The notes beneath the pieces were generated by a model, which was given only the letters and a program-made list of their open reading frames with translations, was not told the origin of the DNA and made no database searches. DNA of 63,758 bases, the filler included, from Folioceros fuciformis (lineage: Eukaryota): the NCBI GenBank assembly GCA_049999805.1. It is 13 parts of 13 records of this genome, joined end to end, with 100 filler letters (N's around TTAATTAATTAA, not from the genome) between each part and the next. Parts side by side here need not be neighbours in the genome. Positions count along the whole stretch, not along the records: positions 11,567 to 20,913 come from JBNGIO010002057.1; positions 21,014 to 26,788 come from JBNGIO010002058.1; 11 more parts are not named here. One strand, 5' to 3'. A program made the position numbers and the translations under genes. Positions 12,150 through 25,357 of this stretch are shown here, piece after piece (the stretch's first letter is position 1; the number at the start of each line of letters is the position of its first letter).

Positions 12150-15070
12150 ATGGAGGAGAATGACAAGACCCCGCCAACAGCAGCGCCTGAAGATGGCCAG
12201 GCCTCCACTAGTAGCAATGGGGGCGCGCAGCAGCCTATGCGTGTTTCCAAGAGGTTGAAACAACTTGCTCCCGTGAAGAAGGAAGCCAAGAAGCCGCGGC
12301 GTGCAGCTGAGACTGCAGTCCCTGCAGCGGCCAGGGTGCCCGCTGCAGGGAGGAAGAGGGCTGCCAAGAGGAAGAGAGCGGCGGAGACGGAGGCGGATGA
12401 TGAGGATGATGCGTCGGAGATGGATGCTGTCAGAGCGCTCATGGGGATGGGGGCCATGAATTTCGGGGCCGCTGCTTCCCCCGTCAAGTCCAAGGCAAGT
12501 GCTGCTGCCGCTGTGCCTCAACCGCCCTTGCTCTGGCTTTGCAAAGGGAAGAGATCTGAACGGCGAAGGAAAACGGAAAGCACAGGTACCAGCGGGGATG
12601 CGCCCACTCCTCCCACCTCCTCTCACCAAGGAAAGCCGGCTTCAGTTGCCCCGGCCAAGTGCGAAGATGGCTGCCAGAGCGACAACGAGACACAACGCAA
12701 GTCCCCCTCGGTCTTGCGTTTCAACTCCTCCGACTCCAGCACGGATTTCGCGGTTACGGATTCTCGCGCTCAGAGCCCTAGCTCTCCTCTGCCTCCTCTT
12801 GCCACTGACGCCTGCATCACCATTCTTGCCAAGCTAGAGGGTATTCAAGTACCCGCACCGTCTCTCCAGCGGCCTCTGCGACCAATCAAGAAGCTCCCAA
12901 CCTCCAGAAAATCCAAGGTAATGCGTCTCATCCGGACTCCTTTTGCCATGCCAGCGCTAGTGTGGGTTCGGCCCCTGCGCCTGGTGCCTGTTATCGCATT
13001 GCAGTCATGCCTCGTTCGTTGCCTGATTCAAGATGCTTTCTCCTTCGACATCCTTGATGATCCGAGGTCCTTTTTTTTTTTTTTTTGTGCATTAGGTTGA
13101 CGACAAGGTGAGCGAGCTCGTCGATGATAAGCTTCAAGATGCAGCACTTAAACAAGTAGGGAAGAGCAAGTCCAAGCCTTCCAGGCGTCAAGTCACAGCT
13201 GTCGCTGTAAAACTAGAGGGCTCAAGCTCCGAGACTGTCTCTGCTACAAGCCTCAGAGACTTGGGCGCACGACCGGCTGAGCAAGAAGGGAACTGGTCTG
13301 AACAGCCACGCTTGGCTCTTGCCTCTGTTAAGGACGAGACTAAAAATGAGCTGGCCCTAACCAAGGTCACGGGTCACCAGAAGCCGGTGCAGCGAAGTGG
13401 GGGCAAGCCCAAGCCTGTCATGAGTGAGGTAGAAACTTTTCTTCGTTAACTTCTGCTCTCGTCTGATCTTCCTGTCGCATGCCCACACTTCCCACACGGT
13501 GCATGGCGGCGCCACCGTTTTTCCCTGAATCTCCCTTTGTTAGTCTTGTCTGCAGACTGAGAGAGAGTCAAGGAGGCTGAGACGAGTACAAGCTAATCGT
13601 GAGTCAGCCAGGCAAACCATTAGGAGGAAACAGGTAGTCTAGCTGTTTGATGTTGACTGTCCAGCACCGTCATCTGGCTAAACGTCATGAGACATATTTC
13701 CCTGCAGTATGGAATGTGTTTTATGTACATTTTGTCTTGCACCACATTTTCTGATTGGATTCATCGTATTGCCTGTGTTGCGACATGTTTCGTTATTCGA
13801 CATTGCACCTATCTGACGATACTCATCGCTCCTTTTTCTTTTTTGAATGTGAAGCTTCACTGTGAAAAGCTGGCCCTGAAAGCTGCAAGTCTGACAAGTG
13901 AGCAGGATGCCCTGAATCAGGTTTGACATGCGCTCTGAGAAGATGGTGCAAAACCTGGATCTGTTTACTCTTGTTTTAATCTTGACGCGCTCCTTTTGGC
14001 TTGCAGGAGTACCAGTACACAGTCAAAGAGCTGCAGCAACTCTGTGACCTCAATCGCCGATTAAAAGAGGATGTGAGTCTTATTCGTATACCCTTTTATC
14101 TGCCAGACTCAGAGGTGCTTGGTTATTTTTTTAACCAGAATCCCCACGTCTTGGCCTGCAGCTTGCTGTCTGCACAGGGAACAACGAACCAATTCAAGCC
14201 ACACCAGATGCTGTCCGCATGCCAGTTCCACCGAACTGCATGCCCCATTTCCAGTTCCCGCCCATGTTCCCGCCCTTGAATCCATATCTGTGGAGCGCCT
14301 TTGCCGCAGCTATAGCACAGGAAGCTGTGAAGAATATGGGGCATCCTCATGTCCTTTCAGCGACAGCGTCCGCTCCGGTGGCAACTTCTAGGGGACATGA
14401 ATATCCCGCGGTTTCCGGACCCCCTGATCAACAAGCGCCCTTACCCATGTTGGCCGCTGGCCAGCCATTGCAAGTAAGGTCCTTGAAGGCAGGTGATAAT
14501 GTATCAGCAGCTGCAGCTGGATTGGACAGAGGACATCCGGATGGTGCAGCGGGAGGGAAGGTGTGCGGGCCATCACTTTTGCCGCAGCTTGAGAACAGAG
14601 ACGCTGTGACAAGGTCTTCCGATTTCCAAGGGAAAGCGAGTGAGCATCATTCCTTCATGGGTTTCCCTTCACTGCCTACCTCGGCATTTCCTGGGGGATT
14701 AACCGGTATGACTATGCCGCCTGGATATGATGGAGTAGGAGGGGGTCAAACTAATGCGATGGGCACTGCTTTGCCGTTTCCATTTGCACATGGACACCAT
14801 GGTAGTAGGACTGGTGGCCTGGTACGGCCTCAGGTAGCTGGCAAAGTCATTGGCATAGGGGGTTCGTCGCATGGTCCTCAGTTTTTCTTTGACAGTTCAC
14901 ATCAGCAAGTGTTGCCTGGAATAACATCTGCCAAAGCTCCCGGAGCAGCCATGGCAGCAGCAGCTGCAAGGAGGAGGAGGAAAGAGCTCACGAAAAGTAA
15001 AAGCGTTCTCCGGCAACAGTTAGCAAGGGGTAATTCTGCGGAGGTTGCAGTGCCGGCCGCATTACCTTAA
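12150..15070 (+). CDS. bZIP transcription factor, AtbZIP62 (At1g19490)-like, multi-exon
   Basis: The exon at ~13556-13633 encodes ERESRRLRRVQANRESARQTIRRKQ. Zipper exons follow, and the C-terminus has AAAAARRRRKELTKSK. Confidence 0.85.
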
Positions 15071-16378
15071 TGGCTGAAGTTACTTTATCTTGATTTATGC
15101 GTTACCTCTTACGTATGCTCGAATTTCCAGCAGATGCGGAAATGGTTGTTGGAGGGGTGACATATCTATTCTTTGTGATTTTTTTCCCCTGGCTTTTAGG
15201 TTTCAAGTTGGATTTCATGTTATTGGGAAATGGCCACTACAAGAGAACAGGGACGTTTCTGCTCGCTATTAGGGTGGAGGGCCCTGAAGGCTTTCCGACA
15301 TGACTTCTGAGGATGACGGGTGGAGGAGAATACACACTTGACTCATTGCTTGTGTGAGTTTCCAGGATTCGTGGATGGTCAGGGGTCTAAGAACGTTTTG
15401 TACATTTATGAGGTTTGGTGCTTGAAGGAGCCAGGATGGAAATTAGAGATAGCTATTCATTTCTTGCAGCGCAAAATTGCCACAAGCAAGAATTTTTGTC
15501 GCATGCAGTATGTATGAGAAGGCGAGGTATCGCAACCACGAGGGGAGAAATTTCCGAAGGAAGGGTAATGGAATTGTGTGGTTGGCATGGACCCAGGGAG
15601 TCGCTGTGGGTGGTTATCTTCATGTGGGGGGCGGTCTCTGGCTTTGAAAAAGAGATATTCGTCTGAAAGATTTATATTCGTTTGATGGATTGATTTGACG
15701 ACTAGTATTGTTTCTTGATTTTCGCAGTGCAGTGATTTCTAGGTAGTGTAGGTCTCGGGGATCAAGATGCTTTAGCCGTGTCATACCTCAGGCTCAGGCA
15801 TTTCTCACTGTGTCAGGAAAGACTGGCTCAAATATGGTGCTGAGCGTGTGTTCTGTCAGGCTCCGACGTCCCTCTGCCTCTGCCCGATTTAATTTTGCAA
15901 CTGTGCATGAGGCCCGGTTGCTTGGGGGAATCGGGCCTAAATATATTTGATCTTATGACAGTTGTTTAAATATATATATATATTTGATCTTATGACAGTT
16001 GTTATTAACTGTATGCACAGCTACAAGTAATTTATCGAGTAATTGTGATTCATTCATGAACTAGGTTACTATAAGTGTATGAAACGGATTGAAACAAAAT
16101 TGATGTGTTTTGAATTGGTGTAATGCTGAATAACGCGATCGCCTTCCTATCACGACTGCGAGGTATAGTAGGGGTAACTAGAGCATGCATCAATCTGTGG
16201 ATTTGTAAGCATCCTGTCATTACCTACTGAACATGCACTCCAGTTGGGCAATTAACTTGTCCACGCCCCGGACCATGCGATCCCCAGGCTGGGGTTTGAC
16301 AGCATTCTTCCGCACTTGCTCTAAAACAGGCCTGTGAAGCATCAGGGTTCTTTTTGCCAGTCCAGCTCGACGGCAGCT

Positions 16379-18165
16379 ATGGCGTCCTCACATCAGCGGC
16401 CGTGGAAGACACTGCTGCTCTTGCTCCTGCCTCTGCTGCTTTTGCTCGCTCCCCTCTCTTCCCGCGTTGGTACGGTCGTGCGCTTTGCTCTTGTGGCTTT
16501 GACCGTATTTGAGGCAGTCTGCAATGAGCTGGAAGGACTAGATCTACGTCTGCACGCGTGTGATTGATAGATTCGGCTTGCAACTTGCATGTCGTGATGC
16601 TGACTGTGGCGATTCGCAGGTGCGTACGCCCAAGCAAACGGGGATGCAGCTGAGGATGCGTCCTATGCTGCCGTAGAGGAAACGGGCCTCGTCAGTGAAG
16701 GCAGCGTTGTGGAGGACATCGGACCAGCTGCCGGTGTCGAAACCGCGGTCTTTTGGCCCAAGAAGCCCGACGGATGTGAGTTACTCCTTTAAGTTGCTGC
16801 TGCGCTTTGGAATTGCCACTGATCTGTGCTCGCATGCAGTTCGAGATCTGCTAGGGCTTTTGATTTGAGTCAGGGATGATGCTTGTGGTTGAAATTCCAG
16901 TTTGAAACAGTTTGTCGTAGAGTTCCAGGCCCCTGACTGTTGTGCGTGCTGATCGTTGGCAGCAATTACAGCAGGACAACCTGCAGAGATTATTGTCGGA
17001 ATCACGAACCTTGGTATGTTCTAGAAGCTTATGATTGTTCTGTTTCCAGTTATAGAGTTTTCTCGTGGCGCCAGCTGACCAACCCTCCTGCCATTCGGAT
17101 CGTATGGCTCTAGTCAAATCAGATGTTGACTTAGTTTCCATTCCCTGTGGTGAGGGGGATTCTTGTTGGTGCGTCTTAGGGAAGGCGTTACGACCATGGC
17201 CAGCACTGAGACTCTCATGGTGACATGTAGGTGACAATGATTTGAAGGTTTCATTTATCCAAGCAAGTCTGCTCCCACCTTACGATCATAAGTACTTCAT
17301 TCTGAACTTCACGGCACAGGTATGCCTTGATGCCGCTACCTACACCGGTTTTGACGTGGTATGGGTCCGTAAAGGTTAAATCAAATGCTTGCCCTTGCCT
17401 TCTATATGTCACGTTGTTTGTGGATGTGACTTCAGGAGCTCCACGATGCTGCTGTCCCGCACGGTGTTCAGGCCTCGTTCCCCTACTCCTTCACCGTCAA
17501 CAAGTTCCTGCAAGTAAGAATCGCAACACTTGGAGGTCGTTTGCTCTGTTGTGGTCATCATTTTCGGAGGAGTTGACCAGGTTTCTTCGGTGCTGGACTA
17601 TTTCAGGCTGGCAGTTTTGCACTCGTTGGGCATGTTTATTACTATGTGGGGGAGCAGATTCACAAGCACGTCTTCTACAATGGGACTGTGGATGTGACAG
17701 AAGCTAGCAGTGTTTTTAGTGGAGAGTCCCTATTCCTGTCTACTCTAGGGCTTGGTTTACTAGGTCTGCTTGGAATGTGGGTCTATGGCCAAGTTCAAAA
17801 ACTCTCGAAGGTGCGGTCTCTTGAAATTTGTGTTCGCAGTCTCCTCCACTCTCTGCGTACCTTGTTCATACTTTCGTCTATGGGGCTGCTCCACGACCAC
17901 TTGTTCGCTCACCACGGTCACCTGTCTGCTTACCTCCAGAAATCAAGAAGGCCAAAGAAGGCGGAGACAGGCACTCGCACCATTCCAGCAGATGGTGCGA
18001 TCAACGAGTGGTTAGAGGTATTTCCAAGTGCTGCACCCTGAACCTCGTCTTAGATTTCTGAATTTCTGGACTCTTTGAATGTTGACTTCAAATTTTGATC
18101 AGGGTACGGCCTTCACGGCAAACAAGGCTGTTGCCACCAAGCTGAAGTCTAAGAAGAAGAAATGA
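16379..18165 (+). CDS. Translocon-associated protein alpha subunit (TRAP-alpha/SSR1), multi-exon
   Basis: Signal peptide, then AGQPAEIIVGITN, LNFTAQ, VQASFPYSFTVNKFLQ, FYNGTVDVTEA..SGESLFL plus a TM helix, and NEWLE|GTAF...KSKKKK*. Confidence 0.9.
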
Positions 18166-19320
18166 ATGCCAACAAGCAGCTCGTCTTTCTGAACCAGCTC
18201 CTTAGCGAAGAGCTAGAATATCCTCGCTCTTCACGGATCAGTTTCCGTCGTCTTAGCACCTAGAGAGATAAAAAAGTTAGGCAGCATCTTCCATTTTTTG
18301 GCGCAATGTCTTCACCTGTCTTCACTCCTGGTTTGATCAAAGAATTTATCGTACCAAGTGATGTGCCCTATGCTGCTGATAATGGGGCTCGGTGCGGATT
18401 TGTCGTGGTCACTTGCACTTCCGTTTTAACTCTGAAAGGAGGGGGCGAGGGAGGGGGGATTGCGCGGGGGGCCGGTGGAGTGACGTAGTGCTGGTCCACG
18501 GTACCTGACCCGATGCTGGGTAGGCTTGAAGGGATGCTTGTGCGGAATGGGGTGTACCTTTCAGAATCTGGATGGATCTTGGTAGGTTGCGACGTCGTAT
18601 GATGGCACAGAGGTTGTAGTCGTGACAGATATGGCTGTTTGAAGACTCCGTGGGGACACTGCACAGCGATTGAAGTGTGGACAATTTTTTTGTGGCTGTG
18701 ACGATTGCAACTGCTTGGTCGTGCAGTGTACTTACTGTGGGCCGTTTCTTTCCATAGCAGCTATGATTGGACATAATCATTATCCGCTCGTGTAAATATA
18801 GATGAAGCAACAAAAATACGATAATATTCTGTTCCCTTTCTTGCTGCTCTTGCAGTGGGTTGTTTCCCTGGTCTACAATGGCACGCGTTTCTACTCTCAC
18901 TACATATCGTTACACAGCAGCAGCACAAATTTACATGCCACAGTGCACGTCTGCAGAGAAAGGTAGATACTGTAAAACATTCTCACGATGCATCAAAATG
19001 TCACGACCAAAGAGGACATAATTATGTGCGAGGTCCACACGCTTTGCTGACTACCATGCCACAGCATGACAGTCTGCAGTGAAGGTACTCGCTTGGCCTG
19101 CCTAATACTGAAGCTGCATTTCCAAGTGGGCCGTTGCGTGCCGTCGGTCTCGCCAATTTCGCGCATACATCGGTCGGTCATGTTCCAAAGAGAGACTGTA
19201 CAGACTTGTGAAAAAATGGAGGTTCATCCCGAAACACCCATCAGCGCAGTTCAAACCAAGTTCCTAGCTGAGAGGCGATTTCAGTGTAGAATGTACTTGC
19301 AGATACAGGTTCCTCCATCT

Positions 19321-20797
19321 CTACACGTTGTACGGCAGAGTACCACCGGCTTTCAGGATTTCTTGTTCCAGCTGCAACACACAATTGGCGTGAGAGATGA
19401 TTCCCCACTGCCTTCACATTTCCATACCTATTGGATTCGAAGACTATCAACCCAGATGAGGAAGACTCACCCGGAGTAACGTCTCTAGCTTATTTCTGAC
19501 GAGGGCAAACTCACGTCTCAATTGCTGCAGTGCCTGTATGCATCTGCCCAAGGCCACGAACAGAAGTTGCTGTCAACCATTGCACTGCATTACAGAGACA
19601 AAACATACGCGAGAAGGTTGACAGAGTCCATGGTCTGGCACACATACCCCTCACGGTTTTCATCATCACAGAAGGCACGAAAATTCACACAGACGGTTTT
19701 CACGCGTTGGGCACCGATGCTGGAGGGACGGAATACTTGTTAGCGGATCGTAATAACCGACCTTCGAAGGCAGCCTCGCAGGCAGGTCACATATCACTGC
19801 CTAAACGATACAGATTCCTCTACCTGGAGCTACTGCCTTTGAACTGATGGACTTGAGCATCGATCCTCTTGTAGTCAGTTGGCTCACTATCGCTGCAGAG
19901 ACCAGTGGAACAGATGAGCACAACAGCAAGCAAGGCAAGGGATGTACGTGTAAGTGACGGGAAGAATCGGAACAACTGTATACACGACAGTTGGGACAGC
20001 TCTGATGGCAGGCTGGCCTGAAAGACTTACACAGTTTCCGCCAATTCCGCAAGAATTCGTTCCGAATCCTCCAAAAACAAGGTAACTACCTCTTCCACAA
20101 AGGTGGGATTGCTAGCGTCCTGCAATTGCTGAAGCTGCGCAAACTGATCGTCAAGCCAACCCTGCAGGACACGCAGGCCCGCTCAGAGACTGACTTCCAA
20201 ATTCACATCCAATGCACGACACCGGAAAGGGGGATGTGGCCGGACCCAACCACCCCAGCAGATGTGGACCGAGGCAAGACCTAGCCACGATAGGCAACAG
20301 CCGCACGCTGGGCACGGACAGCGGCATCTCACAAACCCAGGCATGGAGCCGAGGACCGACACTTGTAGCAAAGCCCTGCCATAACCGAATTTCTCAACAG
20401 GACACCCGCATGACCCCTCTTAGGGGCGGACTACTTGCCCCGGAGAATTGCAGAGATGCAGCACACTGGAGAGAAGAATTGAAAGGACAGGCGCCGGACA
20501 ATTCCGCCACACCGCGCATCCTCAATTCCTCGGGCAAAACCAGCAATCCCGCCCTCACCCCACCCAGCCAGACATCGCAGTAGATTCACAAGTAGCAAGA
20601 CGGCAGAGGAGGCCAGAGCCAAGGGGAAGCGGACACTAAGGAAACGCAACACCGGATTGCAAGATGCACCAGACCAAGAGCCTACCACAAGGCCAATCCT
20701 AGTCCTGGAGGATAAAGAAACAGCCAGGAAGCGTCACCTCCGCAAACAAGCTCTCAGTGAAATCCAGCAGCTGCTGCTGCATCCTGGCAATCTCCAT
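19321..20797 (-). CDS. AHP: Histidine-containing phosphotransfer protein (AHP/HPt), 6 exons, phospho-accepting His intact
   Basis: Exons read by hand: MEIARMQQQLLDFTESLFAE|GWLDDQFAQLQQLQDASNPTFVEEVV..|..VHQFKGSSS|SIGAQRVK..|..|LEQEILKAGGTLPYNV*. Confidence 0.92.
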
Positions 20798-21013
20798 CTA
20801 TCCTTCCGCCCTGCTCGTCTGGCAACAAGACGCTTTTCCGACGACAAGCGGCAGCGACGCTGACACAGCACCAACCGAAATCTTCGCTAGATTCAGCTAA
20901 GCCCTCCCAACATNNNNNNNNNNNNNNNNNNNNNNNNNNNNNNNNNNNNNNNNNNNNTTAATTAATTAANNNNNNNNNNNNNNNNNNNNNNNNNNNNNNN
21001 NNNNNNNNNNNNN

Positions 21014-21214
21014 TGTCCTACGCCTGATCGGAGCTGGAAGGGAGCCCTCGAATCCATCATCGAGTTGATCAAGTCCGACCCTCCATCCACAGCAGCAAGG
21101 AACCCCATCGCTCCTTCGTGGGAACGAAACCCAATGTCTCAACGACAGTGGGATAAGTGTGGCCACTAAAGGTGGAACCCGTTGGCAATCAGTGCCCGGG
21201 ATTTTGCCTCCACA
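21014..21214 (-). mobile_element. Terminal fragment of an LTR-like repeat (same family as 25358 and 57644)
   Basis: Near-identical to 25358-25558. It ends at the same TGTGGAGGCAAAA terminus with a different flank. Confidence 0.85.
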
Positions 21215-21255
21215 CAGGGCACTCCTTCCACAATGTGTAATAATGGCAAAAAAAA

Positions 21256-21509
21256 GGCTGGAGTGCGTCGGTAGACCGACACACTCCAGCCAGAATGTGT
21301 AACAATGGCAAAAAAAATGGCTAGAGTGCGCCGGTAGACCGGTGAACTCCAGTTATTATGTATGCAAAACCGTAACAAATGCAGAAGAGTGTATGTATGG
21401 CTGGAGTGCGCCGGTCTACTGGCGCACTCCAGCCATTTTCTGGAACGCGACGGGTAGCCTGTTCAAGAGAAATCAGTTGGAGTGTGCCGGTAGACCGGCG
21501 CACTCCAAC
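21256..21509. repeat. Array of four ~34-36-bp palindromes, probably transposon subterminal repeats
   Basis: Variants of GGCTGGAGTGCGCCGG-TAGA-CCGGCGCACTCCAGCC at 21256, 21319, 21399 (inverted) and 21476. Confidence 0.85.
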
Positions 21510-21519
21510 CAGCATGCTG

Positions 21520-23149
21520 AAAAAAACCTAAGGGATCTGAAAGAAAGCTTACCACTTTTGCGAATGCGGTCTGGAATCTAAGGAGATGTAAGTCTTCCAT
21601 ATGCTTGGGACACAACACTTCTGCTTGCTCAAACGTTGCGCACTTCAAAGCCATCCTGAAAGCATGTTGGATGAGATGGATTCTTTTCCTCTTGCCCACC
21701 ACTATGTCCATGTCCTTGAGGTGCAGCTTCCCCTGGATAACCTTCTATGTCACATCAATAAGCATCTCTTCGCCTTTAACACCTGCTGGGACTCCTTGAA
21801 AAGCCCTCCAAGGCCTGCCCTACATTGCTGCAACCTTCTTCGAACACTCGTTTACCATTGGCGTACTACTGGAAGCGAGTCTAGCTTCCCCAGGTTTCCT
21901 CTTTGCTTTTGCGCGCTTCTTTGTGCCAGAGCTTTCTCCTGCTATCTGTTCAGGCAGCTCACTCCTCTCCCACATTCTGAATATCTTGTCCACGTTCTCC
22001 CACAAGATCCCACTACACCTAGCCAAGCGATACAGTAATGTCTGCCTGTCTACCATCTTCTGCATCTAGTCAGTGTCCCGAGGGCCGCCTGCTTCATCTG
22101 TCATCCCGAGCAACCTGTAGAGATTGCGCACTTCCACTTCACAGGGGGCTTCTCATCCAAGCCATGTTTCCTATAGAAGATATCCAACTCGTCGTGGATA
22201 TACCTTTTTACTTATCTGCATACACATTATGATCCACTGCAAGGAGTCACATTTCCTCATCTGTCAGTCCTGCATAAAGGTGCCCCTCCATCCATTCGTA
22301 CTTGTCCTCAATTGGGTACATCTGGTGCAGCTTCTGCATAACTGCGAAGCAGTGGTTTCCTCCAAGCACTCCCATCTGGTACTGTTGCGCTGTGATCTTG
22401 TCCAGCGAAATATCTTCTTTCTTAGAAGCCTGTTTGGGATCTATCATGCAAAGGAGAGGCAAAATGCCTTCCTTCACTGACCCTGACTGCATCTGCCTGA
22501 CCAGGCACTTCATCCACGCTTCGTCTACCTCCCGTATATGTGCATCTGCTGTAATGTAACTGGTTGGATGTAGGATGTCGACATGCAGGTCAAACGTTGT
22601 TGATCGAATCCGTTTGGCATGAGCTTTTCTGCGAACTGCATTCAATTAGTCTTCATCTTGTGCAACTCTCTCCATTCTTTCTGCATCTGTCTCCATTGTC
22701 CGTGGCGGCTCCTCTTCGCAAGTAGGACCTTGCGCCTTTCGCCTCTGCTTACGCCGAGCAGTTGCTTCGCTTATGAGACCTGCCATCCTGTTCTTCGTCT
22801 TCTATGGTGAAGAAGCGGCCACTGAAACATTTCTCGTCGTTAGGCAAGATGTCAGCGTCAGTGGCTTCCCAAGATACTAGTTTCTTCACACACGAAAACA
22901 GAAAGAACAACGGGTGAGTATATGACAGTAACCTGTGTTTTGCTTCCACATCTTCGAGGGAGAGGTGGTTGCGGTCTTCCTCTTCCGTTGCACAGGGGTG
23001 CCGGTAGCCTGGTGCACCGTCTTCTGTTTCTTCCGGGGTGGGGATATCTCTATTGGTGAATCTTCTTCACCGTCTTCCTCCTCTCCTGACCCTCGAGCCG
23101 CATCCACTACTTCATTCAGGCTGTCTTCCGTGGAGGAATACTCTCCCAT
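21520..23149 (-). pseudogene. Decayed gene with an acidic/NLS-like N-terminus and a ParB/sulfiredoxin-like domain; probably transposon-borne
   Basis: PPRKKQK, then IREVDEAWMKCLVRQM...MGVLGGNHCFAVMQKL...HLYAGLTDEE. Downstream frames are broken by stops and frameshifts. Confidence 0.55.
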
Positions 23150-23209
23150 CTCTTTCTCCTCCTCACCGCTTAGCTATTCTGGGTCAGAGATGTCTTGCAG
23201 TATAACGTG

Positions 23210-25357
23210 AGATCATCCATGATCCTTGTTGCACATCTTGAAGTGAAACCCAGACAGGAATTTGCAAAATCAAGAAGCCTTACTAGATACTCTAGAACAT
23301 TACCACAGACAGAAGGCACTTCTCTTTCTGCAAGGAATTCAACAATCTCCTGCAGACTATGGTTATATTGAACCAGGATAACATAGTCTTTCCTGTTCAT
23401 GTCTTCATTCTCTTTCGAAATCACAAACGGTTTCAGCAAAGAGACATGAAACACATCATGAGAGAAGATCCAACTAACCAGTTGTAGTTTGTAAGCCACA
23501 TTCCCAATGCGCTTTAAAACTACAAAAGGGCCTCCATACTTAGGCCTTAACTTTGGGGACAATCCTTGAGGTACTGGGAAGTGCTTCAACTTCACCCAAA
23601 CCTTGTTACCCACTTGAAATTCTGCCTCTTTCTTGTGCCTATCAGCAAACTTCTTTTGCCTGTCTTGAGCTTTGGCCAAAATCCTCTTAGCAATTTCATG
23701 CCTGGCCCTCGACTGCTCAATAAATTCACGTGGTTCTCTTGCTACTATCTCAAACATGCCAGCATTCAACATGGAAGCTGCGTCCATTGCTTCATTACCT
23801 GTCATCTGAAAAGGTGTATAGCCTGTGGAGCTATGTATAGTATTGTTATAATAAAACTCTGCATCCTCAAGATGATCACTCCAATTTCTCTGGTCCATCT
23901 GTACATAGTGTCGTAAGTATTCCTCTTGGATTCTGTTTACTCTTTCTGTAGATCCATCTGTATGAGAGTGATATGCTGTGCTTAAACATAGTTGCACTCC
24001 CAAGCTCTTCATAAGCTGTTGCCAAAATTCCGCTGTGAATATGGGATCTCTATCACTCACAATTTGCATAGGCAATCCATATAACACATAGATATGCTTC
24101 TTAAACAATTGAGCAACTTCTGAAGCCTTCACTTGCTTCTTCGTGGGGATAAAGTGTGCTTACTTGCTGAACCTATAAACAACAGTCATGATAGTTGTGT
24201 ATCCATTATTGGCTGGCAATGGCATAACAAAATCCATTGATATGCTCTTCCAAGGTGCACTTGGAATAGGCAGGGGTTGCAACAAACCTCGTGGATTTGT
24301 CTGCTCTACCTTATCCTGCTGACAATCGACACAATACTTCACATACTCTACAGTATGTTTGTACATTCCAGGCCAGTAAAACAGCTTCTTCAACTTCTCA
24401 TAAGTTCTGTCAATTCCCGGATGACTAGCACTTGGCACATCGTGACATTCTACAAGCAACTTTGGTCTCAACTCTTAAGAATTAGGAATCACAATCTTTT
24501 GCTTGAACATTAACAAGCCATTTCTAAGCTTAAACTTAGACCCCGGTTGCTCCACCTCATTGATCCAATCTTGCACTAATGGATTGCGTAGATAAGCCTC
24601 CTTAATCTGCGTGAGTGTCCCTTGGCTTAATCACCACCTGTGTTGCAGCTAGCTTTGGATTCTTCAGCTTAAAAACAGATATTAATCTCAACTCCTGCTT
24701 GTGACTGAGAGCATCTGCCACGAGATTCTCCTTCCCTGGCTTGTACTTAATCTCCACATCATACGTCACTAGGAAATCTTGCCATCTAGCTTGTCTTGCA
24801 TTTAGTCGCAGCTTATTAGAAAAGAAGCTTGTACTTACATTATTTGTGTTACAGCGCAAAAGATCTTCCAAGACGATAGTGTCTCCAAATCTTGAGACAA
24901 TTGATGACGCCTGTCATCTCCTTCTCATATGTGGGGTATTTCCTCTCATGTTCATGCAACTTTCTTGATTCGTAAGCCACTGGCCTACCTTCTTGCATAA
25001 GCACTCCTCCAATAGCTGTATCTGATGCATCAGTATACACTTCTATATCTTTCTTTGGATCATAGATTGCTAATACTGGGGTAGTGCTGAGTTTCAACTT
25101 GAGAAACTTGAATGCCCTTTGACATTCCTCATCCCATTTCCAAGCCTTCGCCTTCTTCAAGAGATCAGTTAATGGGGCAACAATTTTGGCAAACATCAGT
25201 ACAAATCTTCTATACACACTAGCCAATCCCAAAAACATACGCACTTCATGCACATTGCTTGGCGGTAGCCAACTCTGTATGGCTTTTACGTTATCAGGAT
25301 CCATCCTAATTCCATCAGTAGAGACAATGAATCCAAGGAATTTTATCTCTTCCTTAA
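23210..25357 (-). mobile_element. Ty3/Gypsy (chromovirus-like) pol remnant: RT end, RNase H, integrase, degenerate chromodomain
   Basis: IKFLGFIVS, YTDASDTAIGGVLMQ, ECHDVPSASHPG, ISMDFV, IVSDRDPIF, GSTERVN, PKYGGPF, EIVEFLAERE..EYLV. Contains frameshifts. Confidence 0.93.

Noticed and set aside
21256-21509. CRISPR-like repeat-spacer pattern
   Set aside because: Eukaryotic context and no cas genes. One repeat is inverted, and the spacers are unequal and partly repeat flanking sequence (aatgtgtaa.aatggcaaaaaaa).
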